Positions 12,684-21,637 of a stretch of DNA of 64,000 bases are shown in pieces. Under the pieces are notes generated by a model. That model did no database searches. It was not told the DNA's origin and was given only the letters and a program-made list of their open reading frames with translations. The first letter of the stretch is position 1; every line of letters begins with the position of its first letter. The stretch is from an uncultured Victivallales bacterium (GTDB lineage: Bacteria > Verrucomicrobiota > Lentisphaeria > Victivallales > UBA1829), in assembly GCA_944390795.1 (NCBI GenBank), contig CALXRI010000010.1:537-64536 (forward strand). Reading direction: 5' to 3'. A program made the translations under genes and the position numbers.

Positions 12684-14576
12684 TCAGCCTCTGCGCCCGA
12701 ATCTCCGTTCAATCTCCCGCGTGGAAATGTTCAGGATGGTCGGGCGTCCATGCGGGCATGTGAACGGCTGTTCGCACTGCGCCAGCTGTTTCAGGAGCGC
12801 GACCGCTTCCTCCATCGTGAGTTTGTCGTTTGCCTTGACCGCCGCTTTGCAGGCGCACATGGCGACGGTTTCCAGATCGGTTCTCGCGGTTGCGGAACTG
12901 CCGCTGTCAATCGCTCGGGAAAGCATGTCCCGGAAGGTGTCGCCCGCGCGGTCCTGCGGCAGCGCGGCGGGAATCGCGTTGAGCTTGACCGTATCCCGCC
13001 CGAACAGTTCGACTTCGTATCCCACCTTCTCGACGAATTCGGCATTTCTGGAAAGAAACGCCATGTCCGGACGTGAAAGCTCGATTGTGACCGGGATCAG
13101 CAGGCGCTGGGAAAGCGTGCCGTCCACGCCTTTGAGAATCCGTTCAAAAAGAATGCGCTCGTGCGCGGCATGCTGATCGATCAGGACCAGTCCGTCCGGC
13201 TTTTCGGCCAGAATGTAGGTGTCGCTGAAAATTCCGATCAGTCGAAGTCCCAGGGATTCCGACTTTTTCCCGTCTGGAACCGCACATTCCCCGTCCGCGG
13301 ATTCCTCGTTCTGTTCCGGAGGCGGAGTTCCCCAGCTTCTTCCGCGCGGTTCGGAGAACCCCGGAAGCGACACGGCCCGGACGGGAGGGGCTGTCAGGAC
13401 GGACGGCGTATAATCGACAAATGCGTTTGCCATCACCCGGTCGAGAAATGCCGTGTCCTGTGCGCCCGCTGCATCAAACGGCACGGCGGGAATGTCCGGG
13501 AAAGGGGCGGGAGAGACGTTTCCCCCGCCGTCTGAATCCGAATCTTTCGGGGAGAAGAGGGGGCCGCCCAGGTCCAGAACGGCTGTTTCCGCCGTGCGCA
13601 GCGCCGCACCGACGGCGGCACGCACCGCTCCCGTCACCTCGTAATCGCTGGAAAAGCGCACTTCACGCTTTGCAGGATGCACATTCACATCCACACGGGA
13701 CGGATCCAGCGAAAGGAAAAGAATGCATGGCTGATAACGTCCCTTGTCCAGCGTCGGTCCGCAACCCTCCCGGATGCCGCGGTAAACCGCCTGCGATTCC
13801 ACGGGGCGGCCGTTCACGAAGACCCGCTGTTCCATGCGCGTCGGACGGGTGAACGAACGTCTGGCAATGAAGCCGTTCACCGTGATGCCGTGCCCGCTTC
13901 CGGAGACCGGGATCATGGCGTCGGCGTAATCGCGCCCGAACAGTGCGCGGATGCGGGGCACCGGGTCTTTTGCCGCCGGACTTGAGAGGAAGGGCCGTCC
14001 GTCGAAAGTCAGTTCGAATCCGATTTCCGGATGGGCAAGAGAAATGTTGGTGATCACTTCGGCAATGTGCTTCTCTTCGGTTGCGCGGCTCCTCAGAAAT
14101 TTTTTCCGCGCAGGAGTGTTGAAAAAAAGATCGCGGACGGCCACCTCCGTGCCCGGCGCGCAGCCGAACGGCGCCGAAGCGATCATTTTCCCGCCGTTGA
14201 TGACGACCTCGAAGCCTTCGGCGGAGTCGCGGCGGCGCGTGCGAAGCGTCACCTTCGCCACCGATGCGATGCTGGGCATGGCCTCGCCGCGGAACCCGAA
14301 CGAGGTGATCGCGAACAGATCTTTTTCCGTTCTGATCTTGCTTGTGGCATGCGCTTCAAAGCAGAGAACGGCGTCGTCGGGATCCATTCCCTCGCCGTCG
14401 TCTGTGACGGAAATCAGCTGCTCGCCTCCCTGCCGGACGGCGACCGAGATTTTCAGCGCCCCCGCGTCCAGGGAATTCTCCAGCAGTTCCTTCAGCACCG
14501 AAGCGGGACGCTCCACGACCTCTCCCGCCGCGATTTTATTGTAAATGCATTCCGTTAAAAGCCGTATCCTGCTCAT
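12684..14576 (-). CDS. mutL: DNA mismatch repair protein MutL
   Basis: KIAAGEVVERPASVLKELLENSLDAG, the GHKL ATPase N-terminal domain, and the C-terminal dimerisation/endonuclease region (DQHAAHERI, FTCPHGRP). Confidence 0.9.
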   Translation of the reverse strand: MSRIRLLTECIYNKIAAGEVVERPASVLKELLENSLDAGALKISVAVRQGGEQLISVTDDGEGMDPDDAVLCFEAHATSKIRTEKDLFAITSFGFRGEAMPSIASVAKVTLRTRRRDSAEGFEVVINGGKMIASAPFGCAPGTEVAVRDLFFNTPARKKFLRSRATEEKHIAEVITNISLAHPEIGFELTFDGRPFLSSPAAKDPVPRIRALFGRDYADAMIPVSGSGHGITVNGFIARRSFTRPTRMEQRVFVNGRPVESQAVYRGIREGCGPTLDKGRYQPCILFLSLDPSRVDVNVHPAKREVRFSSDYEVTGAVRAAVGAALRTAETAVLDLGGPLFSPKDSDSDGGGNVSPAPFPDIPAVPFDAAGAQDTAFLDRVMANAFVDYTPSVLTAPPVRAVSLPGFSEPRGRSWGTPPPEQNEESADGECAVPDGKKSESLGLRLIGIFSDTYILAEKPDGLVLIDQHAAHERILFERILKGVDGTLSQRLLIPVTIELSRPDMAFLSRNAEFVEKVGYEVELFGRDTVKLNAIPAALPQDRAGDTFRDMLSRAIDSGSSATARTDLETVAMCACKAAVKANDKLTMEEAVALLKQLAQCEQPFTCPHGRPTILNISTREIERRFGRRG

Positions 14577-15328
14577 TGCCCGTCCTGCGTTTCCTGCTGT
14601 GATTTTGATCGCGCCTGATCGATGATTTTCCGGAAATCCGCGCGATCGCGGATGTTGTCGAAGTTCGGGTCGTTGGAAAGCGGCAGAATCCGTTCCCCGA
14701 GCATGTCGTAGGCCTTCTTGAAGTATTCGATCGCCTTGTCGGTGTTGCCCGCCATGGAGTGGATGCCGGAAAGATTCAGCGCGGCGATGGAGGAGGCGGG
14801 TTCCATGCGCAGCCCTTTTTCCGCGGTGGAAATGGCTTCCCGGAATTTCCGCTGCTTGGCGAGCGCCGCGCCGAGATTGTTGTAGACCGAGGTGTCGTCC
14901 GGGCGAAGAAATGCCTGCTGGCGGAACACCATTTCCGCATCTTTGTATTTCTCCTGCAGATAGAGGACGCTCCCGAGCATGGAGAGCAGTTTCAGGTTGG
15001 TATGATGGAACACCAGCGCGGTGCGCAGCACGTCCTCGGCTTTTGCGTATTCTCCGTTGTCGCAGAATCCGGTCGCCTGCTGCAGAGTTGCATCCACGCG
15101 CGGGAACGGGCTTTTTTCCCGGTAATCGTGTTCCATCAGCATGTCGCTGTATTCAAACGGGCTCAGTTCCATGCGCAGCTGCCGGTCTTCCAGCGAATGG
15201 AGCGTCTCCGGCATGTTCTTTTTTGCGGTATGGCGGCTGCTGATTACCAGTGTGCAGAGAATAATCACCGCGAGGAAAACAATCAGCGGCGCAAGCTGTT
15301 TTGTAAGCGGTTCCTGCGGCTTCAGCAT
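14573..15328 (-). CDS. Membrane-anchored TPR-repeat protein
   Basis: One N-terminal transmembrane helix (LAPLIVFLAVIILCTLVISS) followed by several 34-aa TPR-like repeats (A..Y..LG..Y....Y..A). It overlaps mutL by 4 nt and the upstream ATPase gene by 7 nt. Confidence 0.7.
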   Translation of the reverse strand: MLKPQEPLTKQLAPLIVFLAVIILCTLVISSRHTAKKNMPETLHSLEDRQLRMELSPFEYSDMLMEHDYREKSPFPRVDATLQQATGFCDNGEYAKAEDVLRTALVFHHTNLKLLSMLGSVLYLQEKYKDAEMVFRQQAFLRPDDTSVYNNLGAALAKQRKFREAISTAEKGLRMEPASSIAALNLSGIHSMAGNTDKAIEYFKKAYDMLGERILPLSNDPNFDNIRDRADFRKIIDQARSKSQQETQDGQ

Positions 15329-16338
15329 GATTCCCGGTCCTCCCCGTCAAGCAGATGGCATGCGCAGTAATGGTTTTTCCCGACTTTCCGGAACGGCGGA
15401 ACGGTATTGCGGCAGCGGGCCTGTTCCGCGCCGGAAGCCGCCGCGCACAGCGCGCAGCGGTCCGAGAAGCGGCATCCCGCCGGGAAATTCGCCGGAGAGG
15501 GAACCGAACCTGGAATCGTGGAGAGGCGGCTTGTTTCCCGTCCGAGAACGGGAACCGCCGCGAGAAGCGCCCTGGTGTAGGGGTGTCCGGGCGAATCGAT
15601 CAGTTCCCGCACCGGGGCGTATTCGGCAATTCTGCCGGCATACATCACGGCAACGTTGTCGGCGGTCTCGGAGACGATTCCGAGATTGTGCGTCACAAGG
15701 ATGATCGACATGCCCAGGCGGCGGCGGAGATCCAGGAGCAGATCCAGAATCTGCGCCTGAATCGTCACATCCAGCGCGGTGGTGGGTTCGTCCGCGACCA
15801 GCACGGAAGGACTGCTTGCGATTGCCATGGCAATCATGACGCGCTGCTGCATTCCGCCGGAAAGCTCGTGCGGATAGCGCGATACCCTGTCGCGCGGTTC
15901 GGGAATCCCGACCCTGCGCAGCAGTTCCACCGCCTCCTCCCAGGGATCCCCGACGTCGGGCCGGTGCAGCGAGACCGCTTCGGCGATCTGCTCTCCGACG
16001 CGGAAAACCGGATTCAGCGAGACGGACGGCTCCTGAAAAATGTAGGCGATCTCGCCTCCCCGGATTTTCCGCAGCTCCCGCGGGGAAAGACGCAGAACGT
16101 CCACAACCTCTCCGGAGCGTTTGCGCAGCATCACCTCGCCCCCCGCGATTCGTGCGGGAGGCGAGGGCAGAAGCCGTGCCAGAGCCATGCACGAGACACT
16201 TTTTCCGCAGCCGCTTTCTCCGACCAGCGCCAGAATCTCCCCTTTTTCCAGCGAAAAGGAAACGTCCGTCACGGTCGGCTGAACCCTGCCTTCCGTCTGA
16301 AATTCGATTGTCAAGCCTTTTACGTCCAGAATCGCCAT
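15322..16338 (-). CDS. ABC transporter ATP-binding protein, DppD/OppD type, with no permease or binding-protein genes nearby
   Basis: Walker A GESGCGKS, signature LSGGMQQR, Walker B VLVADEPTTALD, and an Opp/Dpp-type C-terminal Cys-rich extension. Confidence 0.85.
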   Translation of the reverse strand: MAILDVKGLTIEFQTEGRVQPTVTDVSFSLEKGEILALVGESGCGKSVSCMALARLLPSPPARIAGGEVMLRKRSGEVVDVLRLSPRELRKIRGGEIAYIFQEPSVSLNPVFRVGEQIAEAVSLHRPDVGDPWEEAVELLRRVGIPEPRDRVSRYPHELSGGMQQRVMIAMAIASSPSVLVADEPTTALDVTIQAQILDLLLDLRRRLGMSIILVTHNLGIVSETADNVAVMYAGRIAEYAPVRELIDSPGHPYTRALLAAVPVLGRETSRLSTIPGSVPSPANFPAGCRFSDRCALCAAASGAEQARCRNTVPPFRKVGKNHYCACHLLDGEDRESC

Positions 16339-16353
16339 GAGCGGCTCCCCAAA

Positions 16354-16944
16354 CTATGATTGTTTTTTCACGTAATCCCCGAGTTTCCGCAGTATGGACC
16401 GGATGTCGTCTCCGTCCGCGATTTTCAGCGCCTTCTCCAGTTTGAAGAGAAAGCGCGAACGTAATCCCGTCTCCTCCCAGCGCTCCAGGATCCGCGTGAT
16501 CCGGAGCGGAAAAATCCGGACCAGCTGCGATTGCCGAAAACGGTATTCCCCCAGCACGACCGGATCGCAGATCCCCATCACTCCGGCCTCTTCGAAGGCC
16601 TCCTTGGCCGCGGAGGCATGGGCGGTCATGCCTTTTTCCACATTTCCCTTCGGAAGCATCCAGGCGCCGCCGCCTTTGGGTGTCACCAGCATGACCCGTA
16701 TCGTGCCGTCCGCCTCTATGAGGTAAGGGACGGTGCCGGAGCGGAGATCGCGGGCGTGCCCCATTGGGGCCGCTTTTTCCGTCTTCCGCTTTTTTTCCGC
16801 TTCCGCTTTTTTCGTTTTCTTTCCGCTTTTCTCAGTCCCCGCATTCGTTTTTTCCGCCGGAGAAGCGGTTTGACCGGAAACGGAGCTTTTTTTCCTTTTT
16901 CCCGGCATTGCTTTCAGCAGGACTGCTCCGGGGACACGTTTCAT
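16354..16944 (-). CDS. Nudix hydrolase with a lysine-rich N-terminal extension
   Basis: A Nudix-box-like block PKGNVEKGMTAHASAAKEAFEEAGV, preceded by about 60 aa rich in K, A and E (KKTKKAEAEKKRKTEK). GAGGAG lies 7 nt upstream of the ATG at 16944, which supports the long form. Confidence 0.7.
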   Translation of the reverse strand: MKRVPGAVLLKAMPGKRKKSSVSGQTASPAEKTNAGTEKSGKKTKKAEAEKKRKTEKAAPMGHARDLRSGTVPYLIEADGTIRVMLVTPKGGGAWMLPKGNVEKGMTAHASAAKEAFEEAGVMGICDPVVLGEYRFRQSQLVRIFPLRITRILERWEETGLRSRFLFKLEKALKIADGDDIRSILRKLGDYVKKQS

Positions 16945-16954
16945 GGAAAACTCC

Positions 16955-17965
16955 TCACTGCGGTTTTGCGGAAGCGTCCTGACGGATGTCCTTGAGCTGA
17001 ATTCCGGAAATTTTCAGGCTTGGCGCGTAGACGGGACTGACAAAGGAATCTCGTTTTCCTGCAAGAATGTCGCCGAGCGCCTCGCCCTGGTCCTTCGCCG
17101 CAACCCAGAGTCCCCAGGTGCGCCCGTCGATTTCCGCGCAGTCGCCGATCGCATGGATGTCGGGAAGCGACGTCTGAAACCTGTGATCCGCGACAATGGC
17201 TTTGTTCACCTGAATTCCGCAGTCCGCAGCGGGATGGATCCGGGAACGGATTCCCGCGGAGAAAAGAAGAATACCCGCTTCCTGCACGCTTCCGTCGGAA
17301 AAGGTCGTTTTCACGCGGTCCGGGGCGGAACCCGGTTCCAGCTCCGCGGCGGAAACGCCGAGGCGGAAATGGAGTCCCGCTCCGGAGAGTTTCTCCAGCA
17401 GAACCGCCGACTCCGCCTCGTTGAGCTGGCGCGGCAGAAGCCGGTTCATGAATTCGACCACGGTGACTGCAAGTCCCCGTTCGCGGAGCGCCCAGGCGGC
17501 CTCGAGTCCGAGCAGTCCGCCGCCGATCACAACGGCGTCCTCCGCCGTTTCCGAGCGCGCAATGAGACGGTCCGCGTCATGCAGCGTGCGGAGCGTGAAT
17601 GTCTTGACGCGTTCGATGCCTTTCACCGGCGGGACGAATGCGTCCGCGCCGCCGGCCAGCACCAGCTTGTCCCAGGAGAAGCTCCGGCCCGCCGAGGTCC
17701 GGATTTCCTTTGCGGCGGGATCGATTTTCTCCAGCGTTTCGCCGGGATGGGTTTCAATCCCCTGCGCCCGCATGGCTTCCGGAGAAGCGAGAATCAGCTT
17801 TTCCCTCGCAACCTTGCCCGCGATGTAATCGGGCAGACGCATTTTTGCGTAAAGCCCGCAGGTGTCGGCGTCGAACAGCAGCACATCCGCGTCAGGCAGG
17901 TTCTGCTTCAGTCTTTTCGCTGCGGTGCAGCCGGCCTGTCCGCCTCCGGCGACAATGATTTTCAT
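16955..17965 (-). CDS. FAD/NAD(P)-dependent pyridine nucleotide-disulfide oxidoreductase family protein (rubredoxin-reductase or NADH-oxidase-like)
   Basis: MKIIVAGGGQAGCTAA (FAD GxGxxG), VVIGGGLLGLEAA (NAD site) and the IHAIGDCA C-terminal FAD motif. I chose the ATG at 17965 over the longer ORF-track start. Confidence 0.75.
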   Translation of the reverse strand: MKIIVAGGGQAGCTAAKRLKQNLPDADVLLFDADTCGLYAKMRLPDYIAGKVAREKLILASPEAMRAQGIETHPGETLEKIDPAAKEIRTSAGRSFSWDKLVLAGGADAFVPPVKGIERVKTFTLRTLHDADRLIARSETAEDAVVIGGGLLGLEAAWALRERGLAVTVVEFMNRLLPRQLNEAESAVLLEKLSGAGLHFRLGVSAAELEPGSAPDRVKTTFSDGSVQEAGILLFSAGIRSRIHPAADCGIQVNKAIVADHRFQTSLPDIHAIGDCAEIDGRTWGLWVAAKDQGEALGDILAGKRDSFVSPVYAPSLKISGIQLKDIRQDASAKPQ

Positions 17966-18102
17966 GCAAAATCTCCCGTTGAATGTTTGGAATGTCATAT
18001 CGAAATATAAAACGCTTCCGTCAGGCATCAAGTTCCAAATACAAAAAAAGGGGAAAAAAGAGCGTTCCGCCGGGGTATGGGGAACGACTCCGGAAGCGTC
18101 TT

Positions 18103-19611
18103 TCACCTGTGAGGCGTGCCGATGAAGCGGGAATCCGGCAGTTCCGGCGTGTTTTCCGCCCGGCGGGACCATTCCGAAGCCTGTTCCGGATCCGGCGCGC
18201 CCCCTGCGATGCCGTGGCGGAAAAGCTCGCTTAATTTTCGCATGGCCGGAATATAACCGGCTTCCGCGGCGATTTTCAGGAGTTCCACCGCTTTCCTTTC
18301 ATCTTTTTCCGTTCCTGTGCCGGAGAGATGGAGCGATCCCGCCAGATAGGCGCCCAGAGGGCTTTTCCCGAATGTCACGCTATCATTGAATTTTTTCAAG
18401 GCCTGCTCCGGATTCCTTTCCGTTCCCCGCCCATGCAGCAGGAAAAGGCCCGCCTTGATTCTGCCGCCGCAGTCCACCGCCCGGTTGTAGTAGGAAAACG
18501 CCTTCCGGTCATCTTGCGGCACGACGATGCCCTTTTCGTGGAACAGCCCGATTTCACTCATGGCGAACCATTTCATCGAGGATCTGCTTTTTTCCAGAAG
18601 AGTGTAATATTCATAGGATTTCCGGTAATCCTGCCGGACGCCGGAACCGGAAAAAAAGGCGCGCGCCAGCTGCAGATAGGCCCCGGGATCTTTTTTCGCC
18701 GCAGCTTTTTCATACCAGCGGACCGCTTCCGTTTCATCCTTCTTCACGCCGAACCCGCGGGAATGGCAGTAGCCGATCTGAACCATTGCGTCGCAGCTGC
18801 CTTTTTCCGCCGCCGCGTGGAAACAGCGCAGCGCCTTGGAGAAATCCTGCGGCGTGCCGAATCCGAAATAATGACAGTTGCCGAGCCGGAAGAGCGCGGG
18901 AGCGTAGCCTTTTTCCGCGGCCATTCCGAAATACTTGAATTCCAGAGCTTCATCCCGCGGGGTCCCCCGGGAGAAGAAACTTGCCATGGCCGTTTGATAC
19001 TGGGCATATGGATTGCCTTTGTCCGCGGCCCGGCGATAGAGTTCAAACGCCTTCTTCTGATCCCGTTTCACTCCGCGGCCGTAACGATAGCAGCGTGCGA
19101 GGTGATAAAGGGAAGACGCATGTCCCTGTTCCGCGCCGCGCTGCAGATAATGAAAGGCCAGAGGATCGTTTTTCGGGAAAAAGCGTCCCGCCAGGCATTC
19201 CTCGGCAAAACCGCACATGGTTTCCGGCGATCCGCTTTCCGCCGCTTTTTTCATGTAGGCAAAGGCCAGTCCGGGATTTTTTTCCATTTCGAATCCGTTG
19301 CCGTGATAGTAGCCCACCCAGTACAGTGCGCGGGTATGATTTTTTTCTGCCGCCCGGGAAAAGAAACGGAAGGCCTCCGATTTGTCCGCCGGCATTCCGC
19401 CTTTTCCGTAATGCCGCATCCATGCGTACCAGTATTCCGCTTCCGTGTCTCCCGTTTCCGCCAGCGTGCGCAGTGCCGCCAGCGCATTTTTCCGGTCTTC
19501 TTCCGGAGCCTGCGCGGAAAACAGTGTTTTTTTCGCGTTTTCAAGCCGTTCATCCGCATGCAGAACGGGAAAAAGAAAACAAAATCCGAAAGATAGAAGC
19601 AGAATTTTCAT
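18103..19611 (-). CDS. Secreted Sel1-type (TPR-like) repeat protein
   Basis: Signal peptide MKILLLSFGFCFLFPVLHA, then more than 10 repeats of the Sel1 pattern (A..WY..AA..G...A...LG.CY..G.GV..D..KA). Confidence 0.8.
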   Translation of the reverse strand: MKILLLSFGFCFLFPVLHADERLENAKKTLFSAQAPEEDRKNALAALRTLAETGDTEAEYWYAWMRHYGKGGMPADKSEAFRFFSRAAEKNHTRALYWVGYYHGNGFEMEKNPGLAFAYMKKAAESGSPETMCGFAEECLAGRFFPKNDPLAFHYLQRGAEQGHASSLYHLARCYRYGRGVKRDQKKAFELYRRAADKGNPYAQYQTAMASFFSRGTPRDEALEFKYFGMAAEKGYAPALFRLGNCHYFGFGTPQDFSKALRCFHAAAEKGSCDAMVQIGYCHSRGFGVKKDETEAVRWYEKAAAKKDPGAYLQLARAFFSGSGVRQDYRKSYEYYTLLEKSRSSMKWFAMSEIGLFHEKGIVVPQDDRKAFSYYNRAVDCGGRIKAGLFLLHGRGTERNPEQALKKFNDSVTFGKSPLGAYLAGSLHLSGTGTEKDERKAVELLKIAAEAGYIPAMRKLSELFRHGIAGGAPDPEQASEWSRRAENTPELPDSRFIGTPHR

Positions 19612-19943
19612 GGGGAAACATTCCTTTCCGTGATTTCGCGCCGCCGCGACATGACTTCGGACCGGCTTGCTGCAGGAATGGTAATATATTGTCCCGGGCA
19701 TGGAAATCAAGGCGTGCAGATAAATGCCCCGTATCGGAAACGCACGTTTTTCCCCGGTGAATTTTATTCAAAAAAATAGGTTAATCCCGCGATGCTCCGC
19801 ATCGCCAGAAATTGCTTCGTGCAGGACTGTCAGTCCTGCCGCTGTCCAGCTGCGCAAGCTGGCCGCCGGAGGCGAAATTCCCGATCTCTGCACCGGAGCG
19901 GTTCATTTTCCGAAAGGAATTCTGTAACAGAGAATAATAATAA

Positions 19944-19968
19944 AATTAAATAGTTTAAAAATTTAATT
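19944..19968. repeat. Perfect 8-bp inverted repeat in an AT-rich block (possible operator)
   Basis: AATTAAAT (19944-19951), 9 nt, then ATTTAATT (19961-19968), inside the only strongly AT-rich stretch of this region (about 19920-19990), upstream of the proline-rich ORF. Confidence 0.3.
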
Positions 19969-20040
19969 ATTTAATGCAATAAACTGATTTGTCTGCTCGT
20001 TATTTCAGGCAATGACAGGGAGAAATTCCCTGAAAGGCAA

Positions 20041-20421
20041 TTGCAGTTCAACACAAGCAGAGGAGAAACAGACAATGAAAAAATCATTCTTACGGCAATT
20101 CTGGCCGGGGGCGCGGTCTTCGCGTTCGCAGGAAATGTTTCGGTGAATCTGGGGGGGATCGGAGTTTCGGTCGGAAGCTCCCGGCACGGAACGGACGTCG
20201 GGGTTTCCATCGGGACGCCGGTTTACTGTCCGCCCGTTGTGGCGGTGACGCCGCTCTCCCCGCCTCCGCCCCCTCCGGTTGTATACGTGCCGCCCGTCTG
20301 GTATCCGGCGCCTCCGGTGTACCGCCCTGCGCCGCCTCCTCCGCGGAAGTTCCGGCATGACGGTCCGCCGCGCGGGAGGAGACCCGGCGGACCGGGCAGG
20401 GGACCGGGACCTGGCCGCTGA
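20041..20421 (+). CDS. Small proline-rich secreted protein; the start codon is ambiguous or frameshifted
   Basis: The ORF encodes a signal-peptide-like IILTAILAGGAVFAFAG, then a Gly/Val segment, PPPPPP and PPVYRPAPPPP tracts and an RGRRPGGPGRGPGPGR tail. The only ATG with a good SD (AGGAGA 20061-20066, ATG 20075) is one base out of frame. The ORF track uses TTG at 20041. Confidence 0.45.
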   Translation: MQFNTSRGETDNEKIILTAILAGGAVFAFAGNVSVNLGGIGVSVGSSRHGTDVGVSIGTPVYCPPVVAVTPLSPPPPPPVVYVPPVWYPAPPVYRPAPPPPRKFRHDGPPRGRRPGGPGRGPGPGR

Positions 20422-20477
20422 AAAAAGCCTGACTCCATCCGGACGCGGAACAATACGCGCCCGGATCGGATGTTGTC

Positions 20478-21458
20478 TCACATGAGCTTGAGCCCCGGCA
20501 GGTCCTGAATGTCCACGATTCCGACCACTTTCCCTTTGTCATCGAGCACGATGATGTCGTCGATCTTGCGCGCTTCGACAACCTTCAGAACCTCGACGGC
20601 AAGGGCGTCGGCGCAGATGGATGCGGGATTTCTCGTCATGACTTCTCCGACCTTTCTGGAGAGGATTTCCAGATCGTTTTCGGCTTTTCTGCGGAAATCC
20701 CCGTCGGTGAAAATGCCGAGAAGACCGCCGTTTTCATCGACGACGACTGCGGAGCCTCCATGCGCTTTGGTCATGGACAGAATCGTCTCCTTGATCGTTG
20801 CCGAAGGCGGAACCAGCGCGAGGCGGTCGCCGCTGCGCATGACGTCCGAGACCCGCATCGTGACGGCGCGCCCGATCGCGCCGGATGGATGGAGGCGTCC
20901 GTATTTCTCTTTCGTGAATTTGCGCAGTTTGAGCAGTGTCATGGCGAGCGCGTCGCCGAGCGCGAGCGTCGCGGTCGAGCTTGTCGTCGGAGCCAGATTG
21001 AAGGGGCAGGCTTCCCGGGGAACGGTCTGCGGCACGGTGAGGTCGGCGAGTTTCGCCAGCGAGGACGCCGGATTTCCCGTAATGGCCGCGATCGTGACGC
21101 CGAGGCGTTTCGCGGGAACCAGAACGCGGACCAGTTCGTCGCTCTCTCCGCTGTAGCTGAGCGCGAGCAGAAGATCATGCTCCTGCAGCATGCCCAGGTC
21201 CCCGTGCATGGCCTCCACCGCATGGACGAAGATGGAAGGGGAACCCGTGCTGGCGAGAGTCGCCGCGATCTTCTTCCCGACATGTCCGCTTTTGCCGATT
21301 CCGCAGACGACGATTTTTCCGCCGTTGTCCAGAATCCGGATGCAGAGCCGGACCAGTTCGGCAAATTCCTTTCCAAGATGATCCTTGAGATAGACAAGCC
21401 CGTCGATTTCCAGCTGCAGGGCTTCCGCGCCAGTCTTCAAAATAAGTTCCGTATCCAC
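20478..21458 (-). CDS. kdsD: Arabinose-5-phosphate isomerase (KdsD/KpsF; SIS plus tandem CBS domains)
   Basis: VVCGIGKSGHVGKKIAATLASTGSPSIFVHAVEAMHGDLGM (SIS domain) and two C-terminal CBS motifs. I preferred the GTG at 21458, with GGAAAGGA 8 nt upstream, over the TTG at 21503, but the start remains uncertain. Confidence 0.8.
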   Translation of the reverse strand: MDTELILKTGAEALQLEIDGLVYLKDHLGKEFAELVRLCIRILDNGGKIVVCGIGKSGHVGKKIAATLASTGSPSIFVHAVEAMHGDLGMLQEHDLLLALSYSGESDELVRVLVPAKRLGVTIAAITGNPASSLAKLADLTVPQTVPREACPFNLAPTTSSTATLALGDALAMTLLKLRKFTKEKYGRLHPSGAIGRAVTMRVSDVMRSGDRLALVPPSATIKETILSMTKAHGGSAVVVDENGGLLGIFTDGDFRRKAENDLEILSRKVGEVMTRNPASICADALAVEVLKVVEARKIDDIIVLDDKGKVVGIVDIQDLPGLKLM

Positions 21459-21637
21459 GATCGCGTCCTTTCCTGATGATGAACTTCCGGAGGCAATATA
21501 CAATGATTTTCCGATTTAAGCAAGAAAAAGAGCGTCACTTTGCGGAAAGTAATTTGAAAAGAGGCGCGTCGCGATGTAAAATTGCAGCAATATGGAAATG
21601 CAGATGAAGAAAAACGGACTTTGAAAAGGAGAATCTC

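Noticed and set aside
20075-20146. A 23-codon ORF (MKKSFLRQFWPGARSSRSQEMFR) opened by the SD-linked ATG at 20075, considered as a real micro-protein or leader peptide.
   Set aside because: It is more simply explained as the out-of-frame start of the proline-rich gene across an A6 tract (see finding). I see no independent support for a micro-protein.
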